Shown: positions 22,572 to 33,756 of the stretch, piece after piece | Numbering within the stretch: the stretch's first letter is position 1 | Layout of the letters: every line of letters begins with the position of its first letter | Source: Octopus sinensis | Lineage: Eukaryota | Reading direction: 5' to 3' | DNA length: 64,000 nt | Assembly: GCF_006345805.1 (NCBI RefSeq) | Contig: NW_021835989.1 | Location: 62,001-126,000 of the forward strand | Position numbers and translations under genes: made by a program | The notes under the pieces: model-generated | Database searches by the model: none | What the model was told of the DNA's origin: nothing | Seen by the model: only the letters and a program-made list of their open reading frames with translations

Positions 22572-24947
22572 ATGAATAGGCTTGAGTGGCCACTTAATAG
22601 TCCAAGAAAGTTTGCCCTCAAATGCGAAAAAAGTTTGTTGATATACGAGTATTCCCCCGAGTACTGCCCCCTTATCAACGGAACATGTATAGTCCTCCCA
22701 ATTACTCTACAGTCGGTGACGAATTTGCCCACAAATATTCCCGTCTTGTACGTACATTCAAACACCAGGGAGGAATATTGGTAACACGTGATTATTTACT
22801 TAGTCCATTGCATGGTTCAAATTGGGACAATTCCAAGATCTGATAGCATATTCCAGCCACAATGACACTGACATGTTTGTTAAGTTTATTCTCCAATTAT
22901 ATAACTCTTAGTCTGTCGTACGACCAAGAGATTCGGTCACCCCTCTGTTATGGTATACTTTCCTTTAAACTGCAGCCAACAACCCTCCCAAAACTAGACT
23001 ATTTGGGTGGAATAGAGAATACCAGTCTCCCTCAGTATAAATATATTTTTATATTTCATAGCTGATTGGCGTATCCGACTGTCACAACTCATTTTCCTCA
23101 TCTGTCCTCTCTGTTTGGCACTTTGATCGAACCTGTTCTAATCTCAGTCCGATCTACCAACTCCGTGGATAACCACATCTGTTACTTGTAGAGTCGTCAG
23201 CCATTATTGACTGCTTCTCTTGCCACAATGACAGTAGAGTTGTCATATTCAGTAACCCTTTGAATATTAAAATACTCGACATAAGAGGTACACTTTCTCG
23301 ATATTTTCAGGACAGTCTGGTGTTCACCTGGCAAGTTCTCCTCGAACAAAATCCCTCTCAGTCTGTCCCCAAGTTGATCACTTGTTTATTTCTACCAAAG
23401 AAAATGCCATTTTTTGGTGGGATTTGAGAAATTCGAGGACTCCAGTTAATTTGTGATGATATGCTGGTAGATAGAACAAGCTGATTATCCAAAACTTGTA
23501 ACCGTCCACTGGTCTCCAGTGAAACATGGAGTCTCCGTCGTTGTCACGGAAAATATGATATATGAAAGAAGATCAGTCGAGAGGAAGATTGGAGGTCATG
23601 AGGGCACTATGGTCATGAAGTCAGTGAGAAAGATTGGAGACTTTGCTTTGTTCTCAGGATTAGCTGATACTTTCGTTTACGGAGTTGGAAAGGAGGTGGC
23701 AGACTTGGACTGTTCCTTCAATTTTCACAACTATTTGGACTATTCTCATGATTATCGGGAAGACATATCATCAACATCAATTTATCAGAAAAGAAAAGAA
23801 TCTAAAATAAGGGAAGATTATGGAATATTATCAGTTTGGTGGTGGATTACTCACATGATAGTCCCCCAAAGAGTTGGAGGAAGGGACATGTCTTTGTGAA
23901 GGTTGGAGACAGTTGGACTGCTGTATTCCTCTGAGTTTATTTTTCAGTACTCACCCTCAAAATGATGTCGAAAAAAGAAGGATTGAACAAGAAACAGTTG
24001 CTCTCAATATGCTACAATCAAGCGAGAGTAAACTGCAGGACGTCTTCTCGCGAAATGGAATCGTCAATTGAGACGATCATGATGGAACCTGGTCTCAAAG
24101 TTGAGGACCGAATCATGTTGTTGACTGGCCAATTTCAGGACGAACAGGTTATTTAGAATAGAATGATCTCTCAGTTGGAACCTTGTTTAGAGAGAATCGT
24201 GCAAGTTTGTGTGGACAAGGCTGACCTGACTGGTCTGTTCTTGGCAGGAATGGCTGATCGAGTACCTGAGCTGTTAAAGAATTACACGGAAATGACGGGG
24301 GATTACCAAACGAGTCTTTCGATGGCCCTTTCAGTGGGGGTAGACCTCCAGAAAAACCGATTCTTCGAAGAAAACATCAAAAAATACAGAAGCTTATTAA
24401 ATTCCCTGCGTTGGTGGGAGCTGAGGTGGTGAATGTCTGAATATTGAAGGATTAAGTTTGATCGATTTTTGGAGTCCCGAGGAATGAGAGTTTGTCACAG
24501 GAGAGTGGATTTGCTGTGCATATTATGTCACCGGAGTCTTTCATTCCGTAAGTTTAGAATCGACCTAGAAGCGAACCAAGAGGACGTGAAGCGAATCTAC
24601 CCGCACGCTCGTGCAAACAAGGAAGGAGTCTCGATATATTGTAGACAGGGGCATGCCAGTATTGTGTCAACCCTCAGCCACATTGTTCAGTATGCAGGAG
24701 GATAGTCAACGTGTACTCTTTGGACAGCGGGGATAAGGCCACTCGTGTTGGCAAGTGGTTCGCATTCTGTTTACACTGTCACCATGGGGGACATAGTCAA
24801 CATCTCGTAGAGTGGTTTCGGTACTTTGAATTTTCTATCGAGAGACGTTTTAGTGTCTGTCCGGTCTATGGGTGTGGATGTCTCTGTTTTTTTAATACTG
24901 ACACCTCCTCGTTTTCGTTTGACGAGAAATGTGATCCTCCAGATTAA
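22572..24947 (+). CDS. MIOS: GATOR2 subunit MIOS/Sea4, multi-exon
   Basis: N-terminal WD-like exons; QLEPCLERIVQVCVDKADLTGLFLAG; C-terminal CQYCVNPQPHCSVC and WFAFCLHCHHGGHSQHLVEWFR..CPVYGCGCLC. Internal exon boundaries only partly resolved. Confidence 0.88.
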
Positions 24948-25039
24948 CTAAACCATATTATGGACTTGCACCACCGCAAAATAAAATTCATTTTGATAAA
25001 AATATTTGACTTTATTATTATTAAGTGCCACATTATTTA

Positions 25040-25425
25040 AGCATGTGATGTCTCCCACGTTCGAGGAACTGTAAATATGACTGAGGTTGTACTTGCTGGT
25101 AGGCCTCCTCCTCAATGCCCGAAGGCCTGTGGAGTTGTGTGAGAATGATCCCCGGACTAAAGAGTAATGAGGAAGACCGACTTGACTGAGTTGACCCTGA
25201 TTTGGCGAGAACCCAACTCTATGGAGTGAGTGGGGAATCTACCGAGGGAAGCACACTTGGTGAGTTGGTCAAGGGCACTTTTGGAGATGCAGTAGAAGAG
25301 GACATTGGGGAACTGGAGAGTAGGGAGAGGACTTACAGCTCGAGTGCCAGTTATGCTGGACACATTGACAATACTCTCTTCAGTCTCAGCCAGGAGGGGA
25401 GTGGCCAACTTGATTAAGTAGAGTG
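25040..25425 (-). pseudogene. Short-chain dehydrogenase/reductase internal fragment (4 introns), truncated at both ends
   Basis: IVNVSSITG, YCISK (YxxxK), IRVNSV|NPG; lacks the N-terminal Rossmann TGxxxGxG motif and the C-terminus. Confidence 0.85.
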
Positions 25426-25499
25426 GGGCACTTTATTAGTGTGTGCAATCAAACCGCAAATTAATATCCAGCATTCGATCGAATTTGTCCATGCAAATA

Positions 25500-26200
25500 T
25501 TCTCCACATTGTCATTCCCGATTATCCCTAAAAAACTCCCTAATTACGCCAATTCTAAAGCCTGGGAAACCAAAGGATGCCCCCTCTTCATACCGCCCGA
25601 TCTCAATAACTTGTATCTTATCGAAAGTACTGGAAAAGCTTTTATTAACGCGAATCTCTCCTGTTCTACAACTGCCAGAATTCCAGCACGGTTTTAGACC
25701 AGACCGTTCTACAACGACCCATTTGTGTTCTGTCTCCCAGTTTATTACTGACGGTTTCAACATGGGAACACACCTACGGACGGCCTTGGTATCCATCGAT
25801 ATACAAAAGGAAGGCTTTTGATTCTGTCCCGAGGAAACTTCTGAAGATATTCGATTCGAACTTACATCCGAACATCAAACTGTGGTTGGAAAATTTCTTA
25901 ACTGGCCGACGCGGAAGGGTCCGTATTGACAATACTACTTCAAGATCAAGACTACTGCCCAATGGTGTCCCACAAGGCTTCCCTTTATCTCTCCTCCTCT
26001 TCAACCTATTTTTACATGACCTACCCATTACTAATGACCCGGACATTATGTTCTTATCCTATGCGGACGACCTGATTATCGCTGCAAGAGATAAATCTCC
26101 TTCTGTGGCTGTCGCAATGGTCCAGTCGCACCTCAACCGTGTATGTGATTGGTCATCTGCAAACATGTTGTGTGTGTCTGCATCTAAATCCCAATACAAG
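25500..26200 (+). mobile_element. LINE RT fragment
   Basis: NGVPQGFPLSLLLFNLFLHDLP, YADD. Confidence 0.85.
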
Positions 26201-26229
26201 TATTATTTAGTTTTTACTATGTATCGTAG

Positions 26230-26404
26230 ATCTAGTCAAATGATGTTCAATGAAACTTTTGTAAACACAAGGGAATCATTAAAATGTTCATACCTGATCT
26301 CAGAATTGATAGCAAAACAACTAAAACCTCACACAATTGGCGAAAACTTGATAATCCCTGCTTGTCGTATTATTGCTCGAACTATGTTTGGTTCAATTTT
26401 TTGA
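26230..26404 (+). pseudogene. hAT (Charlie-like) transposase fragment
   Basis: SYLISELIAKQLKPHTIGENLIIPAC. Confidence 0.75.
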
Positions 26405-26599
26405 TGAAAAAATAGTGGCACATCATAGAGGTGATAAATTAGAGAGGTTTGACTGTAATTTAAGAGGCTCAAAAATGTTTACACGACTTGTTTAAAAAAA
26501 TAATACACGTTCTCATCATAAAAATGACCCTATCGATCATCTAAACAGTCCGAACGAGATCACTCTTGATAAAAAGCGAACAAATCAGCTCAGGATAAC

Positions 26600-27034
26600 A
26601 CATTGCAGAGTTCACGCAAACCAGAATCCGAGTTGTGTATGACAACATAAGACGAGACAGTCTACGCAAACTTGCCCAAACTACCACCGACAATCCCAGC
26701 CGAGCTCTGATAAATCCAAACCGAGTCTCATAGTGGGCACAGTCAGTAAAACCGTAATGCACAATATCTTTGAATTGGGATATATGGAAGTTCCAGAGAG
26801 AGGAGACCAGTATTTTTTGAACTAAAGAGTCTCCGATCAAATGAATAAGCATGGCCATGTCGTCAGTCCATGTGGACAACAGGAGATCGGCCTCCTCCAC
26901 AAACAAGTAAGCAAGGTGGGCCAAATTGGTTGATTTGTCTTTCAGTCGGCGAAATAAGGAGAGGACTATACAAATCAGAATATCTCATTCTTGGAGGACT
27001 TCCAGCTGGCATAATTAATTAAAACTGGACTTGG
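26600..27034 (-). pseudogene. TDRD12-like helicase fragment, copy A
   Basis: DILIC..LAHLAYLFVEEADLLL; near-identical to 39200-39635 and shares its internal deletion. Confidence 0.8.
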
Positions 27035-27693
27035 GAAATCATAACTTTCTGTATCAGATCTTTGAAAACTCTGGACTTCTTTGCTGGATTATAAATTTCG
27101 TGAAAAATTTTGTCAAAAAATAGAGAATTGAGCTAACCATTAACCAAAAGTAATTGAAAAAGTCAAAATGGAAAATAGCATACCCAAAGTAATTCTTTCT
27201 CATACTTTAGGGTAATGTGAATAAATTTTATAAAAATTATTGCGACTCAATCGGTCTTGAAGGACCCACATGAGCGTACACTCAGTCGGCGGTTAGTATG
27301 CGCGCAGAACATAAGTTTGGAATGATCTCTTCGGAAAAATGCCAAAAATCTCTGATTTCTTCTGAACGTGACATTGAATCAGATTTGAGAACAACCACAA
27401 AAGAGAGTAGCCCTGTGAGATGGATAAGTGTAGCAATCGAAGAGATTGGATCTGGTTTGAAAAAGAGAAGAATCGACTGACGCATTAATTAAAAACTAAT
27501 TTCATTCGGATCTAAATTTTTTATGTAAATAATATAATTTTAAGAATAAGATTTATATCAGAATGGATGGCCAATTATTTAGTAAAAATAATAAATTTTG
27601 AATTGTTCAATTTATTAGTACTTTGTTATTCAATATTTAACTTTGTGAGAAATAAATGTTATTTGTAAAGAAATCTTTATAAACAAGATATTC

Positions 27694-30600
27694 TTTGCAG
27701 ATTTGAAAAAGATACTCATTATTTTTATCAAACAAAATATTGAATAAATTAATTTTATTTTTGTACACAAAACTTTATATTATCGCTTTTTGACTGTTAT
27801 ATTTTCAGTAAATACTTGAAAAAACTCACATAAAGACAGAGTTTGGTTGGACTCAATAAAAAAAATTTCCTACTAATCTCGAGAGATGAGCACAGAATCA
27901 TTTTGGAAATCAGAAAATAGCCAAGAATTGTTTTTGGACATGAACTAAAAATATAAATCAATAAATTTGAAGAATTCAAATTCCAAATTTTTTAGATTTT
28001 GATCATTTAAATAAACCAACAACTTTCAACATTGAAACTTTTAAACTGACTTCTAACCAGGGTTGTTAAAAATCATGATTTTTTTCAAAAAAATCAAAAA
28101 AATCTGATTTTTTTGATTTAATCACGATTTTTTTGAATTAAATGATCTTTATTTCAAAACGACCCTTTCCACCTGGCTTATCAGAGAACCTCTCTCTTTG
28201 TACATAAACACTGAAAAACGGCCACGCAGAACGATCTATCGTAGTTCCTTATGTCCACCGGAATCACTTAACTAGTTTGCATTACGCTTTCTTTCTTTGT
28301 GGTCTTCGGGTTAATAAATAAAAAAATATTTCAAAGCGAACTAAAATAAAAAACAAAAACAATGGAAATCGTTTTTATTTATTTAAAAGCTTGTAAATGG
28401 AAACAAGTTTGGCTGCTTTTTCGATCCCCAGCCTATTGCGTACATTTGAATGTAGAAATCCGAATGTTGAAAAGATTCTTTCTATTCCACCTGTCGAAGC
28501 AACTGCTCCAAGAATTTTTTGCATAGTGAAATTACTTGTGAAGGTAACTGGTATGAATTCGACTCCCACCAAGCTATAGGTGATACTTTACTCAATAAAT
28601 TCGGAGCAAACATGTATTGTTTAAATGGATCAGCTTTTGCTCTGAAATTAATCAGAGTCGGAAGTGCATATTCATAATTTTGAGCACAATAACTCAATGC
28701 AATGTCAATCTCAACATTTGAAAGAGATTTCCCACTACATGTCGGGTCGATCAAATTCGCAAGTAAGTGGAAAGGTGTTAATGCTTGTTTTGCTCGAATT
28801 CTCACTTTTCCTAAAATATTCGTACATCCATTGTCAATATATGTCTGTTCAAGTTCTTTCCAAATTTCTACAGCATGACTAATCGTGGTAGAATCATTCT
28901 GAATTTTATCTAAAGCGACAGCAATTGGTTTAATAAGCATCAGATATTCTTCAACGCGTCGTTTTAGGGAAATATTTTGGACCTTGGAAAAAATCTCTGT
29001 ATCAATATCCGTTCTGTGTTCCTCACAAGTTCTCAAAATAATAGACCAATTATCCAGATAAGATTTAAAACAGTCTGATAAAGTGACGAGAGGGTAAACG
29101 ATACCCAGGAAGAAGCATTTGGACGAATTTGACAAATTCGGGATGTTCTACAGCAGCAAACGGAGTGTTTGTAGAAAATATGTATCTAGCGAGTTGCAGA
29201 TCCATCAAATCTTTCTTAGATGAAGTCGTCGTAGTTACGAAATTGATTAATGAATGGTCCTTCATCCTTGGAGGAAATTCGCTTTCAGGTCTCGGCATAT
29301 TTCAGGGATATCAATATTACTTCGACATAATAAATGATGCTGCCTCATCCGAGATACAAGACCTTGTATGTCCTTCCCACAATTACGACATCTGGCACGG
29401 CTTCCGGTCTTTCCAGGAATAATACGTTTATCAAAATAAGCCCACAAAGAATCACGCTTTCTTCCAGACATTTAAAAAAATTTAAATGATTTTTTTGATT
29501 TTTTTGATTTTTTTTAATGATTTAAATCATTGATTTTTATTGTTGATTAAAATCAAATGATTTAAATCTAACAACCCTGCTTCTAACTAATTTTTAACTG
29601 TGCAAGATAATCAAATTGATACTGTATTTAAATATTTACAAAAATATAACAATAAATTATGAAATATTCGACGAGGCCTTCAGAAAAATTAAAGTCATTA
29701 TTTTGCAGATTTGAAAAAGATACTCATTATTTTTATCAAACAAAATTTTGAATAAATTAATTTTATTTTTGTACACAAAACTTTATATTATCGCTTTTTG
29801 ACTGCTATATTTTTAGTAAATACTTGAAAAACTCACATAAAGACAGAGTTTGGTTGGACTCAATAAAAAGAATTTCCTACTAATCTCGAGAGATGAGCAC
29901 AGAATCATTTTGGAAATCAGAAAATAGCCAAGAATTGTTTTTGGACATGAACTAAACATATAAACCAATAAATTTGGAGAATTCAAATTCCAAATTTTTT
30001 AGATTTTGATTATTTAAATAAACCAACAACTTTCAACATTGAAACTCTTAAACTGACTTCTAATTAATTTTTAGCTGTGCAAGATAATCAAATTGATACT
30101 GTATTTAAATGTTCACAAAAATATAACCATAAATTATGGAATATTTGACGAGGACTTCAGAAAAATTAAAGTCATTATTTTGCAGATTTGAAATAGATAC
30201 TCATTATTTTTATCAAGCAAAATTTTGAATAAATTAATTTTATTTTTGTACACAAAACTTTATATTATCGCTTTTTGACTGTTATATTTCCAGTAAATAC
30301 TTGAAAAACTCACATAAAGACAGAGTTTGGTTGGACTCAATAAAAAGAATTTCCTACTAATCTCGAGAGATGAGCACAGAATCATTTTGGAAATCAGAAA
30401 ATAGCCAAGAATTGTTTTTGGACATGAACTAAACATATAAACCAATAAATTTGGAGAATTCAAATTCCAAATTTTTTAGATTTTGATCATTTAAATAAAC
30501 CAACAACTTTCAACATTGAAACTTTTAAACTGACTTCTAATTAATTTTTAACTGTGCAAGATAATCAAATTGATACTGTATTTAAATATTTACAAAAATA

Positions 30601-31609
30601 TAACAATAAATTATGAAATATTCGACGAGGCCTTCAGAAAAATTAAAGTCATTATTTTGCAGATTTGAAAAAGATACTCATTATTTTTATCAAACAAAAT
30701 TTTGAATAAATTAATTTTATTTTTGTACACAAAACTTTATATTATCGCTTTTTGACTGTTATATTTTCAGTAAATACTTGAAAAACTCACATAAAGACAG
30801 AGTTTGGTTGGACTCAATAAAAAGAATTTCCTACTAATCTTGAGAGATGAGCACAGAATCATTTTGGAAATCAGAAAATAGCCAAGAATTGTTTTTGGAC
30901 ATGAACTAAACATATAAACCAATAAATTTGGAGAATTCAAATTCCAAATTTTTTAGATTTTGATTATTTAAATAAACCAACAACTTTCAACATTGAAACT
31001 CTTAAACTGACTTCTAATTAATTTTTAGCTGTGCAAGATAATCAAATTGATACTGTATTTAAATGTTCACAAAAATATAACCATAAATTATGGAATATTT
31101 GACGAGGACTTCAGAAAAATTAAAGTCATTATTTTTGCAGATTTGAAATAGATACTCATTATTTTTATCAAGCAAAATTTTGAATAAATTAATTTTATTT
31201 TTGTACACAAAACTTTATATTATCGCTTTTTGACTGTTATATTTCCAGTAAATACTTGAAAAACTCACATAAAGACAGAGTTTGGTTGGACTCAATAAAA
31301 AGAATTTCCTACTAATCTCGAGAGATGAGCACAGAATCATTTTGGAAATCAGAAAATAGCCAAGAATTGTTTTTGGACATGAACTAAACATATAAACCAA
31401 TAAATTTGGAGAATTCAAATTCCAAATTTTTTAAATTTTGATCATTTAAATAAACCAACAACTTTCAACATTGAAACTCTTAAACTGACTTCTAATTAAT
31501 TTTTAACTGTGCAAGATAATCAAATTGATACTGTATTTAAATGTTCACAAAAATATAACCATAAATTATGGAATATTCGACGAGGACTTCAGAAAAATTA
31601 AAGTTATTA
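27694..31609. repeat. ~478-bp tandem satellite, 5 units
   Basis: TTTTGCAGATTTGAAA recurs at about 27694, 29698, 30176, 30654 and 31132; the first unit is split by a hAT element. Confidence 0.95.
28058..29579 (-). mobile_element. Internally deleted hAT (BED finger plus dimerisation domain)
   Basis: TIRs CAGGGTTGTTA / TAACAACCCTG; perfect 8-bp TSD CTTCTAAC; WAYF..CRNC..HHLLC BED finger; ERIFSTFG C-terminus; catalytic core deleted at ~29090. Confidence 0.93.
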
Positions 31610-31989
31610 CAAGGAATATGTCTTTTTGAATTTTAAGGGTCTTACCAATCGTTCAATTTTCATTACAAGAATAAAAATTAATTTAACAGTTAATCAAACA
31701 AATTTCTATTCAGAATATTTCAATTTTCATAATTTATCGTCTAGATAGAATGTGAATAATATATCAGAAAAAGACTCGTGACATTTGATTGAAACTGAAT
31801 TGGAATAATAAATACTGACAATATTATAATTCAAAAGTTTTTGAGGTTTTCCGAGCTTTAATGTTGTAAACGCAACCATTAGTTGTTAATTCACCAAGCT
31901 TTAGTGTTCATGCTTCAAGCATTAATGCCTAAACTCTAAACATTTGCTTTAAACCGCATATAAGCAAGAATTAATGTTTTCGGGAAATT

Positions 31990-32170
31990 CAGACAACAAA
32001 GTTAAGAGACATGCAGTTTTCTGAATATCGAATAAATATTAGTCCGAGTACTATTAACAGATGTCTTATAGACTTTCACTACACTGTGAAACAAATTGTG
32101 AAAATACCAGTGAAGAGAAATGTTGATACTACCATTAAACTAAGGAAAAAATATAAAGATAATTTTCAAC
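31990..32170 (+). pseudogene. Tc1/IS630-like transposase relic
   Basis: FSEYRINISPSTINRCL; homologous to 61485-61820. Confidence 0.6.
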
Positions 32171-32299
32171 CCTTACAAATAGTTTCAATACTAAGAAATA
32201 TATTCACCAAACAAACTTTCTACGGTAACCATCATTTAACAGCCTCTTATATCACCAAAACTTTTTAAAATAAGTAACCAATAAGCAATACAAGCCGTT

Positions 32300-33244
32300 C
32301 TAAGGAGGATGCCAAGTCAAAGCTCTCATGTCTCTGCTTACTGTCGATCGAAGGTCACAAAGCACATAGTCGGGACGTGTTCTGCAGGTATTGGCCAATG
32401 TGGTGACCGCACTGTTCGTCTGTGGGATCTTCTCTCAGGGAGGCCGGTCGGGATATATCAAAGACACAGTCAACTCAGTCCGATTCCACCCCACCTGGAA
32501 ATGGCACTCACATCCTCGGGGGACTGTTCTGCTCACATATGGCCGACACAATCCCAGTCGGGGGCATCAGTGCAACTCAAAGGACACAAGGACAGTGTTT
32601 CCGCGGCCGACTGGCTGGCCTCCCTCGACCAGGTCATCACGGCGTCGTGCGACCAATTCCTCCACGTCTATTCTGCAGAAAGGGGAGGAGTGGTGCTCAG
32701 ACTGTCCGGGCACTCTCTCCCAGTCAGAAATGTGGTGACGTGCAATAGTCTTGCTCTTTCTGCCTCTGCAGACTGCACCTTCAAGTTGTGGGACTTGCGG
32801 AGTGGAGGGTCAGCCGTCAAGACTTATTCCTTCCACTCACAGTAAGCTGTCCGAGTCATTCCTCGGCCGGTCAATTCTACCATCTTCGGACCCACTGACA
32901 TGGTCATTTCATCCAGCGAGGACAGGACTGTCAAAATATTCGACCTCCGCAAGTCTCCTAACCTCACCCAATCGGTCTCCTTCTCCAATTATTGTAGAAT
33001 TGCGGTGAGGGGACGTCTCTTGTCGCAATTCCACTCGATTCAGGGTTCATTAATTTCATTGACTCTTCTGGGACAAACCTGGGACGATTAAGGAGTAGTA
33101 CTCCAATGGTTGCCAACTTGAGCATTATCCTAGTCGCATGTCAATTCGGTCATGCCCACATGCTGGGTTGAGGATTATTCTTTGCCCATCCTTCTCACTG
33201 CGGGAGCCGATTCCCGTGCTTTCATCTGGACTTGGCCTACTTGA
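32300..33244 (+). pseudogene. WDR37: WDR37, 5'-truncated, with frameshifts and damaged splice acceptors
   Basis: GTCSA..DRTVRLW, VNSVRFHP, ALTSSGDCSAHIW, AADWL, SSEDRTVKIFDLR, TAGADSRAFIW, in the WDR37 order; frame breaks near 32460-32495. Confidence 0.8.
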
Positions 33245-33756
33245 GTTGTGTTCATGTTTTGAGATTTTTGAGTTTATAAGGCATTACTTTAACATGCTTG
33301 AATTATTGCTAAAAGTTTGATGAAGCAGTAACCCTGACTGGAAGACAACGGGGGTCGATAAGTAGTTATTTACTTGAGTCACTTATTTAAGTAGATAACT
33401 CACCCAGTGAAAAGTTGAGGACTATTGTCGGCTCTGAGGTACGAGATTGAGGTGAATAAGACTTTGTCAGGGAGTTACGAAGCAGACATTGGTCAACAAA
33501 TACATTGCGAAAACCACGAAAACTCACTAGTGTCGACGTGGGTGGATTGAAGAAGGGATATGACTTGGTTGACCACGCCCGAATCGAAAAGGAGAGTGTG
33601 CGTAGTAGGGGAACAATGTTATGCAATACACGAAACTTATTCCGTCTATTGAACGAGTACACGATTTCACTACTACTACATTGGTATGATCGAATTCAAG
33701 CCGAGTGAGTGTGATGAAATAGACCTTATTGTGTTGACAAAAAATAAAGATTATAC

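Noticed and set aside
27694-31609. Satellite as a spliced-leader RNA or 5S array
   Set aside because: Sm-like AATTTTG matches are expected by chance in AT-rich DNA; no leader/donor structure or Pol III boxes were recognised.
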